Source: Syncephalis fuscata S228
Lineage: Eukaryota; Fungi; Zoopagomycota
Assembly (NCBI GenBank): GCA_025786725.1
Contig: JAHLTZ010000011.1
Span: 558,001-622,000 of the forward strand
Direction: 5' to 3'
DNA: 64,000 nt
Numbering within the stretch: the stretch's first letter is position 1; each line of letters starts with the position of its first letter. Both the position numbers and the translations under genes were made by a program. Positions 1 to 13,749 of this stretch are shown in pieces. The notes below the pieces were generated by a model that saw only the letters and a program-made list of their open reading frames with translations, did no database searches and had not been told where the DNA came from.

Positions 1-145
1 TGTAGCTTGTAATGGAATTATAAAGTAGTTTGCAAGTGCATGCCAAAGCAAGTGTGGCAGATGGTTCACTCAAGAGTGATATATGATGAACTATCTCGAC
101 AACTTGCCATATCTTTGGTAGTGTGTTGCTATTTTGCGCTGACAT
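1..145 (-). CDS. 5' end of an F-box-like protein gene (runs off the left window edge)
   Basis: Open frame from ATG at 145: MSAQNSNTLPKIWQVVEIVHHISLLSEPSATLALACTCKLLYNSITSY. It has an F-box-like LP..I...EI...I...LA.TCK pattern and is a paralog of 17702-19251. Confidence 0.6.
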   Translation of the reverse strand, partial: MSAQNSNTLPKIWQVVEIVHHISLLSEPSATLALACTCKLLYNSITSY

Positions 146-963
146 GATGGGAATAAAACTGAACAAAGATATGTTTACTTGTAGCGAACAAGGCCTTTGG
201 ATTAAATGAAATGACATGGCGAACTGCAGATACAATACATCTAAATTGAATGTTCCAGTGCTAAGCATAGCTTGTTTATGAAGCAGTTTGACATTTATAT
301 GCGCATTTCAATCCAATTTGATATTTATTTAATCTAATTTGTAAAGCATCATTTCACTTTCTATTCTGTATTGAAAGCTATTTTCATGATTATATTGGAT
401 CTTGATATGATACTTTTTGTTTTACTATTATGCTCATTGCTTTGTTTCTTTTGTGTTTCCACTTTAAACGCATTTTAGTATGTATTCAGTGATAATCGAA
501 TGCTATTCTGTTAATAGTCTTGTTTTTCTGTTGCTTTCCCTACTTTATTAATATAATTGATGTCAGTGTTTGTAACAAATCATCGACTAGCTATTTTCTA
601 GTTATTTATTTTACCATTATACATTTCAAACACACATTGTTTTTAATATTTGTAAGTAACAATATGTTTATTAAATCAACTATGTCGTTTGATAATAACT
701 GTGGATGCTTTTATTTTTATTCATTTTACTTATTATGATTCAAGAGTAAAATATATTATATACTATTAATGTGCTATTATTGATAAGTTGGTTCAAATAA
801 TTATCTATTAAATGTACCGTACTTTCTTTAACATCGCAGCAGTTGTGCCATATACTGGCCTAGGTTAAGAGAATGTCAGCATAATAGAGGTCACAACATG
901 TGATCAATCACTTCATTCTATATTGCTAAAACATGAATACAATGCACGTAAGAAGAATTTGAA
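1..963 (+). repeat. Dispersed direct duplication, copy 1 (partner 19110-20071)
   Basis: Near-identical to 19110-20071 from tgtagcttgtaatgg to aagaagaatttgaa, where the two copies diverge abruptly. Confidence 0.95.
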
Positions 964-1231
964 TTTACCGCTTACAATGAGCATCAAAATACATAAACAA
1001 AACGAAATGTTATCAAGTCGAGTGTACAATTTATATCGATTTAAATTTCATTCAATCATCACATTACAGTGCAATACTAATAATACAAGTAGCTGATTTG
1101 GTAACAAAAATCAGTGTAAAGCAATTTATAAATAAAAAAGATTGTAATAAAGAAGGTACGAATAGAAATATACTTATGTAAAACACAGTAAAAGTGGCAG
1201 AATAATTAATTTTTGTCTGCCTGTTAGATCA

Positions 1232-3575
1232 TTAACAAGTTTGGGACTTGGCTGGCAAATCGGCATTAAAGAACCGATAAATCTGACCAAGCATTAAACG
1301 TTTGCTTTTGTGACGGCAGGCAAACCACGAAGGTAGGATACCAATATATGGCCACTGTCCAGTGCCGTCCTCGGGTCCAAGACTAAGAACAAATTTAGGT
1401 ACAGGCTTGTAGCGAGCAAGTTTGGCCATTTCATCTACATGCTCATATCCTTTTTTATCTTCAGCGTCAATCTGGCTCTGTATCTGACTATCGCCGATAC
1501 ATAATAAACTATCAACGCGACTTCTAGCTGGCAGCTGCCGCTGATATTCCTGTCGGTGGCGCACCATTCTACGAATATTACGAGCACAGAACCGAGCCTG
1601 GTCGAATGCAGCCGTGGCTAGCTTAATAGGCGAAGCATCAGCGCAATCTCCTATGGCAAAAATATGTGGATACGGTACTAGTTGCAAGGTTGGTAGCACA
1701 TGAATCTCTCCCGTTCGGCTAATGACTTCTTCTATGGTGTTAGAGGCCAATTTCTCCACCAAGCGTGTATTATATCGCACATTGCCCGTGCAAACAAACT
1801 AAATCGTACAAGTTAACTAATTAATATACAATCAGTTGCCATTATTTTTGGGTACTTACGAGTAAATCAGTTTCAATAAATTCACCTTGATTTGTTGTAT
1901 AGCGTCGAGTCCCCTCAATCCAGCCACTCATACGCTGTGCTTCAGTTAGCAATACTCGCTCATGTAAACGAAGATTGACACCCATTTTCTTTAATGTTTT
2001 TTCAACGCGCAGTTGCAGCTTACGGCGCACTGCAGCTCCTTGAATTAAATAGTCCGCATAATGAACAAGTGTAACATTCTTACTAGGATGGTAATATTTG
2101 ATTTCGGTGGCTAGCTCAACGCCCGATGGTCCTCCGCCAACAATAAGAATTCTACCCGAGCGTTGAATGGCCTCGCGGACACGAGTTTGTTCAAGCATGG
2201 CTTCCTCGACCGATTCGGTTGAAAACTTCATCGGCGATGGATATTGACTGCCGGCGGCAATGACGGCATAATCAAATGGCAGTATTGTCGGAGGTGGTTC
2301 AAGTGGTCGGCCTTCGGCATCGTAATTAATTCCGTTCACTGTATTGCGATTAGCATGCTGCTCCAACGACTCTTTCGACCATGGCTCTAGCACAACATGG
2401 TGCTTCTCTAGATGAAGTACACGTGTACGACAGCGATGTACACGACCAGAAGTAAATGCTTTATCGGGATTAAGGAAACATAGCCGTCCCATGTCAATAA
2501 GGCAGGCACGTAAAAAAGCCACGTTGCAAAATAGATTTTCTCGGGGATCAATTATAGTAATGTGAAGATTATATCTCTCCGCTTGTCGGTCAAGTTCTTT
2601 CGCCACCGATAGACCGGCGAATGAGCCACCAATGATAACGATTCTCACGGGACGCGCAGTTGAAGCAATAAGCTCAGTATCAATGGCCGTATCAATAAAA
2701 TAAGGCGATAATGGTGGCGGTGACGCTGGTGTATCTGGCCAAAATGACAATGCTTCCATGGCCGAAATGGTAGTAGTATCAGCAAGACTATCGTCAGCAA
2801 TGGCGAATATGTTGTTTTCTGCTGTATCAATTGGTCGGACTTTATATTGATGAATAGGTGATAGTGGTGGCATTTGACCGGCCATATCGGTACCGGCATG
2901 TGAGATGGTTGAACTAAAGTTTGAACTGTGCAATGATTCTATCGATTGTTGAGAAAAATCAGCCTTTGTTGGCGTCATGGGCTCATTCATTGTTCTAAAA
3001 TACTTGTTGCGCTTTGCTTTAGTGAATGTCGCCAATGAATTGAATAATAAAATATTCTTCCAACCGTATTGGCGAATTTCATTGCCATTATCAAAACCAT
3101 TACAATTATTATTATTGCTGCTATTGCTATTGCCATCACTATCACTTCTTGGTGGTGTGGTAGCCATATTATTTCCATTAATTTGCTGATTTGCTTCGTA
3201 TTTTGAAATAATGGATAGTGTAGTGGCAAACGAATCTGGTGGCTGACCAGAAGCCAATGCCTCGCTCAATTCCTCGTTTATGTAATCCTCAGCTGGATTA
3301 ATGTCCTCGGGTGTTGGTGACCTTGCACGACGTTCCATATTACGTTGCTGGTCCTCTTTACGTGCCACTATATGAGTGACTAGATTGTCTTGGTTCTCCG
3401 GCGCATCCTCGGCCAATTCAGCTTCACGTTCGCGGTTCATGGCATCGTTAACAAGCGCCAATTCTTGTCTAAAACTCATATTTTCATAATGCTGGTTTTT
3501 CTCTTGTAATTCAGTTTTCTTATTCCACTGAGTGGTAATCGACAGCGTGGGCCGATTAACGGTAGCCTTTGACAT
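1232..3575 (-). CDS. AIF/AMID (FSP1/AIFM2)-like FAD-dependent pyridine nucleotide oxidoreductase with a long low-complexity N-terminus
   Basis: Two Rossmann motifs (IVIIGGSFAG, ILIVGGGPSGVELATEI), FDYAVIAAGS and IFAIGD. Intron 1859-1799 (gtaagt...ag) joins TDLL to FVCTGNVRYNT. Confidence 0.85.
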
Positions 3576-4614
3576 TATATATATATTATACTGGATATAT
3601 ATATATAAAGCTGCTAAAGTATAAATAAATAAATAGATGATTTAAAATGACACTGCGCGTCTTTAAGAAATCACCAGCACTAGCTATACGAGCAATATAA
3701 TAAAGACAATAAGCAAAAGCTATGTTTTTCAAGTAGATTTTTTACAGAAGAAAGAGTAAAGTTCGGTTAGTATTTGAAAAATAACCGAAATATTGTCGGT
3801 TTAAATATCTCTTCAATTAATTATGGGCTATTTTGTATAAAAGTCATAGCCATACACATATAAACGCGCGGAATACGGAATCAAAATAACTGTTCGTCTT
3901 GGCTATTGGCTGGTAGAAGCAGTGATATGGAAAAGGTTTGGGAATATTCATTAAAAGTAATTATAAATGGATATTGCGACGCAGTTTTAAATTACATTTG
4001 TTATGGGAACCTTTGTTACACTATTTAAGTAAATCGCGGTAAATTAAAAAGTGTGAATCAATCTAGGATCTCAATGGAAACGAAAAAGAAGCCAAGCACA
4101 CCAGCATTGAGTGATGCAAAGGTCCCGAGCGCACAGTCATTCGTTCTAGTATGCATTGACAAGTGCAGATAACTGCATCACCGATGTTAATCCCCAATAG
4201 CCTACGTAGGACAAGTTTGTTTAGATGACGAATTATTAAAAGTATCAGATGCTCGGCATTGCTTTTAATAGCACAGTGGTACAAACTCACATTGCTATAG
4301 TGTGTTCGTCTAGATTAGGCCAAGCAACTACGACAATGCCACATTAATGTTATTTTTATGTGACTACCATATCTGTTTCTCTTGCTCTCTCCCCAGCACA
4401 CCAGCACTAGTCCGATAGTAGCTAATATCGGTCTATCTGCTTTTCTATCCGCGTGGGACAACGTGCCAAATTATATCAATGGTTACAATTTATTGTTTAT
4501 TAAGGCATTTTTGTATATAAAGTTGTAAGAATACGTTTTGTGTAGCACAAGTGAGCTCTATTACATAGCAATTCTATATAGAAACTTGTTCATTTATTTA
4601 TTGAAATAAGCAAC

Positions 4615-5813
4615 CTAGTTGGGAACTTGTGTGTACACCTCGGGTTCTGTTCGCAAGGTAGCACCGGCGTTCTCGCCTGCTGCGCTTCCGTTTAGGCTAT
4701 TGCCACGGAAAGAGCCTACAGGTGTTGGGATGTGACTTTCGGTTGCAATACGTGTAGCGGCAATGACATCATCAACATGCTCTACCACCAACGTTACCGC
4801 TACTTGATTGTCCGATCCACGAGGCACAATAAGATCCGCTTCAATCTTTGTCTATATAGTTATAATGAAAATAATAAGTATTTATTTAGTATATATAAAA
4901 AACTTACCGGTAAAATAAACCGTTCAAATGACGGCTTAACAAATCGAACATATTGCTGTAGTACTTGGTCCAATGGCATTTGTCGTCGACCCTCAGTATC
5001 ACGAATAACTACACAGCAAAATAGCTTAATTATTGCTATTTTACATTATTTAACAGTCATACTTACCACGACGTGCTAGACGCGTATCACTGTCGATATC
5101 CAGAAATACCTTAAGCGACAGATAATCGCGAACGGATGGCTTGTATAGCATGTAGGTGCCTTCAAACAACACAATATCTGGATTGTTAATCTTTTGTTGC
5201 TCTGGTCCTCTACAGATAAATGCCATTTAATTAGTATTTAACCTACACTAGCTCGATAAACCCATAGCCACTAGTATCGCTGATATTTACCGTAGCTGTG
5301 TCTTGAAATTATAACTGTGCATAGTGACGGGATTACCCTCCTTTAAATCTTTAAGCACTTGCTCCATTAAATCGAAATCCAATGAATCTTTAATTAAGAA
5401 TTAGTCTATTATTAATTATATATTTCTAAATAATATACACAACACGCTTATTAAGTGTAGATATTACCAGGATGATCAAAATTCCAATCTCTATTATTAG
5501 CCATCGCTTGTTCCGTCTCTGTCAGTTCACGGTAAAAGTCGCTTTGATGCAGCACAACAATATCGAGACTAATGCCGTTACGCTCGCCATTACTGAGCAA
5601 TTGCTGACGTACCATATCGCTTACGGTTTTCTGTTCAACGATAGCTGAGCGGTGTTTTGATTATTCGCGTTACTGTTAACCAATTACCTTACCGCAAGCT
5701 GGTCCACCCGCAATACCAATAATAAATGGCTTGCAAGCATCAGCCATGATCATCGAGTCTGATCGTACTCGTCCTGCCGTTGTGAGAAACAATTTAGTTT
5801 CGTCTTGAGTCAT
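4615..5813 (-). CDS. Uridine-cytidine kinase-like protein (multi-exon)
   Basis: Spliced reading gives PFIIGIAGGPACGK, NFDHP, LFEG, DIDSDTRLARR, VKPSFERFILP and IVPRGSDNQVA. Not recovered whole by the ORF track because of introns. Confidence 0.85.
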
Positions 5814-5973
5814 TGTATTTGAGAAAAGTGCGTGGTTACTACACGAATGAATTCAAAGGTGAGAAAAAAAGTGTAATAATAACACTAACAACAACGCTAC
5901 GTAATAATAACAAAGTGTAATAACAATAATAATTTATAATAAACAAATTGTCTTGATTTCTGCAAATAACAAT

Positions 5974-7076
5974 TTATATATCGGCATTTAATGCTGATAG
6001 CAATATGGCATCTTGTTTATTGGCAATCACTGCTTCAACAAAATCTTTATACATTTTACTTTGTTGAGCAGTAAAAGATTGCCATCGACGCTCACTTTTC
6101 GTCTCTCGTTCCTCGTATAAACGCATTTGCGTCAAGTGCATCGATTGCATAAGTTCAAAAAACTGCTCGTCTCGTTTTTGATAACTCTCCATTTGCTGTC
6201 GTTGAAAACTAATCATTTCCTTGCGCCATCGTTCCTGCATTGACATAATATCGCGTTGACATTGAAGTGTTTGCGTAAGCAAGTTACTTAAAATTATAGA
6301 ATCGTTATCCAATGATTTAGATAATCCAACCCGTTGTTTAGACGACGATGAAGTGAATCTTGGCAATGACCGTCGACGTTTCCTTCTTTCAAGTTCATCT
6401 TCAGTTAACTTACTCTCTTTATGTCTAAAACTGTAATCCATATCAGCTGTTGAAGATGGCGTACCTGTAAAGTAAGACCGTTTAAAGTGTTGTCGTGATT
6501 CATGTGTAAATTCACTGCCACTGTCATTCTCATCTTCTCTATTGATGCTGTTGCTATCTGTATTATGGTAGCTATCGCCATGCAATGCATCGTTATAACT
6601 ATTGCTACGATGACTAGTTCCAAACAATTGTTTCTTGTTACTATGATTACCCTTATCTTGTCTATAATAAAAATAACAATAACAGTATATTCATTATTAG
6701 CATTGGCTATTATATATTCGTCTGCCGGTGCCAGTATAGATACATTATCCATTGACATATCTACATCAATTGTAGTGGTTGGATCAGATACAGAAGGCGT
6801 ATTATCAATATTTATATTATAACTGGATTGTAGTGTAGATACAGCATCAGTTATTTCTTCTTCTTTATCTAAAATTGAAGTAGATTCTACTGCTGCTGTT
6901 GAGAATATTGTTAAGTTTGTTGAAGTGTCGCCACTTTGATCAATTAGTGAATCTGTAGTAGTAGTAGTAGTAGTAAAAGTAGTTGGTGGTGTTGTTTGTG
7001 AAATCTCTACCCCATTAGCTGACAGTGTCTCTGAATTGGGCAGTTGTTCTATAGCAAATATATCGGTGGTTGACAT
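5974..7076 (-). CDS. Hypothetical protein with a Ser/Thr-rich N-terminus and a coiled-coil C-terminus
   Basis: Two overlapping long ORFs joinable through a probable intron ending at ...attatag near 6662 (donor not certain). C-terminal part is Q/E/R-rich and helical; RRKRRR is NLS-like. Confidence 0.55.
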
Positions 7077-7314
7077 ATTGTCTATTGCAACAAAGGAAAC
7101 TGAAAGATAACGACGAGTGACCAATTCAGGAGTCAATGGTTAAATATGACTCAAATATTCAAATATTTATATGGCGCGTTTTTATGTGATATTTTTTGTT
7201 CGTTTTTTTAATTTATATTTTATTTTCAAAATACTGACTGTGCGTAACACTTTGAGTTTATCCATTGTTATTGTGGTTACTACTAAGTAATGCTACTATT
7301 TGACTCGTAACAAT

Positions 7315-10300
7315 ATGCATGAGCACACTACACCGTCTACTCCTCAATGGAGTGGGTTTAAAACAGCGGCAAATACACCAATACGTCCACCGTCAAACGA
7401 TGCTATGCGCGTGGCACGTCAACGACTAAAAGAGCTGGATAAACCAGTTCAACCAAGTTCAGGTAGAAGCTAATAGATCATATAGCACTAAATACTAATA
7501 TATAGTATGTTGTTAGAAGGACCATCTGTAGTATCTGGATTTAAAACGGCTGGTGGACGCAATATGCCCAACCCATCAGCCGCAGCATTAAAACGCGCAC
7601 ATGCGCTTTGGAAAAACGATAACGATGATACAGGTGTATCAAAACAATGTAATGTGGATCATATCATATTATAATAACAATATTTAGTTTATTATATATA
7701 GCATCTAAACGGAATCGAGCTACATCTTCAGTCACCACACCAATTACACCAATTACGCCAGGTAAATCATAACAAACTGCATAATTGATTGATAACCATT
7801 AGTAGGTAATACATTTAGTAGACCATTGGTTAAGACACCGGTTCATATGGTAACAGCGCCTCAACAGCCAGCTTTTCAATCAGCCAGTACACTGATAACA
7901 CCTAACCATACCAGTCGTACTTTTATGCGTCCAATGTTCGCATCTAATCTACGAACTCCTTTCAAGTCACCATTAAAGAAACGCACTATTTCTTTATCAA
8001 CAAATACGAATGATCAGGATAATGCCGATAAATTAAAAGAGTTAGAGCTGAAAGAACGTAATAGTTTACATCTAGCACTAGTACCGACAAAACGATCTGC
8101 TTTATTTGACTTATCTAAAACTGAACAAAATCGGAAGTCAATGCTTAGTTATTTTGGTCGTTGTCCACGTCGATTAACCATGGAACAACTTTTAAATGCT
8201 AATGTGTAAGTCTAATCACTTTATTAAATAGCATTAATAGCTCACGACTGATATAACACCAATAGACCCAGTGCAGTCATTAATATGACATGGCAACAAG
8301 CGGCCAACTACAGTTTTAACGCTGTAATACACGGACAGCCATGTCTATGGAATGCTGAAAGTGCCTATAATGCACTATTAGAATATGGAGCTGAAAAATC
8401 GCGTCTTTCTATGGATTGGGTTGAACATCATTACAGATTGATTGTATGGAAAGCGGCGTGTATCTATCGCTCATATCCGGAAGAACATGGTATATGGTCG
8501 GTTCATTGGATATTGAAACAATTAAGATATCGGTAAGTTATATTGATACCACTATTATGATAATATTAATATTAATAATAATAATAATATTAATATTAAT
8601 AATGGTTGTAATTATTTATTAGCTATGAGCGTGAAATGAATAAACGAGAGACACCAGCCATTCGAATGATACTTGAGGAACTTGAATTACCGTTATTACC
8701 GCTTGTACTCTGTGTTATAGATATGCCACGTAAGCAGTTTAAATAATCGAGTAACCATAATTGTAATAACAAATATTTATTATAGAACATGGTGTTCTAC
8801 GACTGACTGATGGCTGGTATATTATTAATGCAAGATTAGATCGAGCATTAGAAGTAATAGTTGCTAAACAACGACTTAATCCTGGTGACAAATTGGTTAT
8901 TGGATCTATTCAAGTAAGCGAACCAACTAGACAATAGTTATGATAATTAACTGTAATATTTGTTAGTTACTGGAACAGCCTGGTGAAATTACAGCATTAT
9001 CCTCTAATCCACGTCCATTATTAAATCTAGTTATAAATAATACACGACGTGCCAGGTAGAATATGTTAAAACATAGTTATCCACTTATTTATAAGTATTA
9101 ATGTGATATAGATGGGACACGCGATTAGGATTTATTAGACAACCCATGCCTATAATACATATCTCCAATATAGATCCAATGGGCGGTATGATATCGACAC
9201 TTGATGTTGTAGTGGTGCGTAAATTACCCAAGTTATTAATGGAAACAGAATTGGATGGACGTAAAATATTTACGCCATTCCGTTTATTGGGTTCATCGAT
9301 GTCGAATGAAGAGGTAATAATTATGACTATTAACCTATCAATATTAATACAAATATCTTATAGACATGGCTATCGGATCATCCTAATCTGGTATATTTGT
9401 GTGATCCAACATTTACACTGTCGGTTACTTTGGATACAGCATCTGAACAGCAAGGTAAATAGTTCAATTTGTATTAGTTGTATATTTAACACCTACAATT
9501 GTTTATTTATTAGCAAGTGCACTGTGTTCTAGTCTGTTGCAAATGGACGATATTATAGAGTACTGCGACAATCAGGCACTTGACACGATAAAAAACCTAT
9601 CAGCCTATCTACAACAGCATCCAAAGAACCAAAGTTTATTAATGGACAAAATAAGAGAACAAATTCAGGTATATAGAAATAGTTATTATTATAACAATAT
9701 ATATATACACCTTACTAATTTATGCCAGTCAAATCGGTTTAAACGACGACGCACAGGCCTATTCCGTGTACATGTGTGCGATGCTAGGATAAGTAATTAC
9801 AATGCAACGCAATCCACTATGGCATGTATTACTATATGGTCACCCCCTGAACAGTTATATGAAGAAATTAAACTAGGACAGCGCTATAAGGTAATGTAGA
9901 AGACTCAAAATGTAATATAGCATACTTATTCATTAGTAGATATCGTATGTTATGCCTTCAACAACTACCAATACTACTCATCAACAATACAATAGTATGC
10001 GCTATAATGAAATGTCACAGCTGCAAACAAATAGAAAGTCACGATGGACAGCATGTAAATTACCCGAAGATATGGAAGATATTGAAGAACGACTACCTAC
10101 AATTAAAGGTCTTGATTTGCTATCCAGTCAAGCTAACTACCGATCAGATTGGACCGATATTGTATTTGTTGTACTTTGTATCCTTGAAATAATAGATTAT
10201 ACATTCAATCAGGTATATCTTTAATTATACAACTTACATTATTAGGTACGAGTAATAATAACAATAGTGGCTATTCAGGAAAGCCCAATACAATGGCTCC

Positions 10301-10724
10301 ATTAGTTATTATAGGTGATGAATCTAATCGAATGGCATTGCTACGCTTAGAACCAAATACTATTTTACTATCATCATTCAAGGCAAGTAGATCGTTGGTT
10401 GGGTTTATTTTAAATTAATACAATAATTATAGGAAGGATACGTGTACACGTTATGTAATATACAATCGATAGATTATGATGTAAAATTTGGTATGCCTGT
10501 TATACGTACTTTGGAAAATACCGAATTATTTGGACAACAACATACGCCATCATTTGCACAATCTAAATTGCAGCAACTATTACAATGGAAGCAGGAGTAA
10601 GTTAATAAAAGTGTAATTAAGTAATTGATTGATTATTAATTGTATTATTAGACAAGTGGAGGACTATCGGGATTTAGAAGATACAGCCGTGTTAACAATG
10701 ACTACCGTTTTTTCTACTCTATAG
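7315..10724 (+). CDS. BRCA2: BRCA2/Brh2 homologous recombination mediator (many introns)
   Basis: Two BRC-like repeats (GFKTAANTPI...AMRVARQRL, GFKTAGGRNM...ALKRAHALW), an FKSP motif, and helical/OB-fold motifs WVEHHYRLIVWK, QLRYRYEREMN, LRLTDGWY, NNTRRARWDTRLGF. Confidence 0.88.
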
Positions 10725-10893
10725 GCATTATGTTTTATCTTTAATACATATTTGTTATACTAAATGAATCAATATGCATATAATACTGTTTATTGGCACA
10801 TAGCTAGCGTATAGAATAACATAACACCTTTAGATACATTGGTGCATATGTTGTCACTTGTATAGCATATCAGGTAACCTGTTAATTAGCTTA

Positions 10894-12886
10894 TTAATGT
10901 TTATGGAAACAGTTATTACAGCTTCCTTTCTTAAATACGTTAGGAGAGAATTCGTTGCAGCCACACTCGCCACATGGGCCAACGGCTGAAGAAGGAGGAC
11001 CGTTAAGTGCATCCATCACCGATGCTGGTAGATATGCATGATTGCTGGGAGTAGATGTTACTGGTTGTGGTGGTGTTGCTGTTGCCGACATGGGTCGCAT
11101 AGTAGGTGGTTTGGCACCAGTGGGTCTAGGTGGCGGTGCAGAACTACTACCGCTAGCATGTCCTGTACTTGCTACCGACGATTGTCGTGCGTAAGGTGGT
11201 CGTGGTGCTGATACTGCCGATGCTATAACTGAAGCGGCCGATGCTACTTGTGGAATGGATGGATAAACGGGTGCTGGAGGAGAAACTACAGCTGCAACAG
11301 GAGCAGGTGGAGCAGGAGGAATAGCGGCAGCAGTAACAGTGGGTGGATTACAAGGTTTGCAATAGTTTGCCGGAAACATACCACGTCGTAAAACTCTACC
11401 ACCATCACGAATCTCGCCAACCCACCAACCTTCGTCAATCTCTTCTACTACAGCAATCTTATCTCCTTTAACAATGGATAATTCATCCTCATCTGCGCCA
11501 TCATAATTATACAATGCCTCCATGTATCGTTCATTCGTAGCCGGTGCAGCTACTGGTGCCACTGGTGCTATAATAAATTAGCAATAATCATTTAGTTAAC
11601 GTTCATATTGTATTAATTAAGCTATTTACCTCTGGGAATGGATGCTGGAGGTGTGGCAGCTGCCTGATATGAAGGCTGACGTAGTGGATTAGCCAGTGTA
11701 GATGCAGTAGATGTAATAGGAGAATGAGGAACACGACTAGCATATGCAGAATGAATACTTTGCGTATCAGATGGTTCAATATTAGACTCTTCCGCCTGAC
11801 TTGTTCGTCGTTTTGATTCGGCAAATACACTAATGGTGTATATTTATACATAAGTATTTATGCTAAATAATAGCTCTTTAACTTACGGATCACCCAATGC
11901 CTGTTTAACAGTGGTCATAATTTCTAATCCTTCACGGAAAAAGTCAAGCTGGGCCTCTACAAAACCAACTAGATCACGGTGCTGTGTTTCCTATTATATA
12001 AATTCGTATTAATTACTATTCAATATACATATACATATACATATACATATATATATGTCTTGTATCCATTACCTCCAATTCACTAATAGCCACCATTTTA
12101 TTGTGTGTATCAGCCATGGCTTCCTCGTAACGAGACTGTGCTGCTCGCATATCTTCCTCTAATTCAGGCCGTTCTCTTTTTGACTTTTGCACTTTATTTG
12201 TTTTTGAATCAAAATCAAGTCGACGTGCCTCCAATTTTTTACGTAATTGCTAATAAATCATTTCTGATTAACATTGGCCAATCTTTGTATTTACAACAAT
12301 TGTCTGCCTACCTGATAATCTTTAATTTCATCTTTAGCGCGTGCCAAGCTATCCATAAACCCGGCTTTTAATTTGACCGAATACTGCACTTGAGTTTCGG
12401 CCAATTTTTGAAATCCATCACCGGTTTTTACCAAAGACTTGCCTATATACACTTAGTAAGTATAGACCCATACTAATTGTATCGTAGCTATCTACCATAT
12501 TCCGAGTCGTTGCCTAGCTGCGATCCTAGTGTAGACATTGTAATACCCAGCGACTCCATTAATAAATATTTATCTGATTTGGTGCGTTTTACTATGCAAT
12601 AGCGTATTAGACTTTAATGGAGTAGATTCAATAGCATTACCTAGCGAATTCATGTACAGCTCCGCCACAGTACTAATATTATCGACAAAATCGTGCTTCA
12701 GGTCTATTTCATGTTCCAGTTTACGAAATTCCTCGCTTGTCTCCGTCTTGGAGGACATGCCTAGTCGCTCGCCCGTCCACTAAACACAATCATAAGCTAT
12801 ACTGACGATAGATATAATATCGGTTATCGCTATTTGTTTGTCGCTGTTGTTACCTGACGTAATCGGGTTAGATTTTTAAAAGCCAT
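10894..12886 (-). CDS. BAR-domain/SH3 adaptor with a Pro-rich linker and a C-terminal Cys/His motif
   Basis: N-terminus MAFKNLTRLRQ|WTGERLGMSSKTETSEEF, RRLDFD in the BAR helix, SH3 ALYNYDG..EDELSI..GD...EGWWVG...GMFPANY. Confidence 0.85.
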
Positions 12887-13019
12887 GATGAAGGTAGGGC
12901 AGTAGAATAGGCTGAAGTTAATATATAATACGTCTCAGTATTCTTTAGTTATTTAATAAAAAGCGCTGCGTGACAACAATTAAAGAGAATTGAAAAAAGT
13001 AGAAACGTAGGTGGGAGCC

Positions 13020-13223
13020 GAGCAAAATGAAATAAATAGACGTTTATTCAACAACCATCATAGTAATTACTAAATTGATCATATGGCTCAACTGACTTGT
13101 GTGTGTGCTCTACATAAAAATAGCTTGATGGGATTTATCCTATGCAGATTGGTTGATTGACTATTCAACAATAACTATATCATTCTGTTTGTTGAATAAA
13201 CGTCATCTTATTTCATTTTACTC
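13020..13223. mobile_element. Possible MITE-like element (imperfect ~35 bp terminal inverted repeats)
   Basis: gagcaaaatgaaataaatagacgtttattcaacaa (13020-13054) is an imperfect inverted match to ttgttgaataaacgtcatcttatttcattttactc (13189-13223). Non-coding interior; no clear TSD. Confidence 0.45.
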
Positions 13224-13345
13224 ATCACTTCTTGCTGCTGTTACCGTCACTGTTTATCTATATGTAAGTGAATGACGGTAGACATCGTTTGATTGTTTAC
13301 TCAATCTATGCTATGCCATAGCTTCAGTCGTTTACAGTTGCTATT

Positions 13346-13749
13346 ATGAGGCCCTTCGTTTCTTATGGCAATGCTGCCTGTTGCAGCATTCTTAGCGTTA
13401 TCGGTATCGTATTTCTGGTAAGTGTTGATGCATATACTGGCTATAGAGATGGCAACAGGCTTATTAACCATATATGCTGCGATTCTAGTTGATACTAGGC
13501 CATCTCTTTGACACTGAAGCAGAACAGTATACCGAGTCGAAGAACTCGCCGGCTGATCCTCATGGCGTTGCTCATGCTTGCTATGTAGCTGCAGCCATCT
13601 ATGCTGGATTTGTTGTCTGCTGTGGCGGTCAGGTAAGTTAGCAACAACACGATACAATGTATGCGTACAGCGTTTAATTGATCTTAATCTAGCTTCTGCT
13701 ACATAAACGTATACCGCGCACCGATTATGCTGCTTTACCCCAACATTAA
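13346..13749 (+). CDS. V-ATPase Vo subunit f (RNASEK / yeast YPR170W-B family), 3 exons
   Basis: Spliced product MRPFVSYGNAACCSILSVIGIVFL|LILGHLFDTEAEQYTESKNSPADPHGVAHACYVAAAIYAGFVVCCGGQ|LLLHKRIPRTDYAALPQH*. Two gtaagt...ag introns and two TM helices. Absent from the ORF track. Confidence 0.85.

Noticed and set aside
4063-4503. Possible small spliced gene on the + strand (METKKKPSTP...)
   Set aside because: Splice-like signals exist, but no consistent open frame could be built without assuming errors, and no homology was recognised.
13301-13657. 118-aa minus-strand ORF
   Set aside because: Antisense to the spliced V-ATPase subunit f gene, which has clear family similarity.
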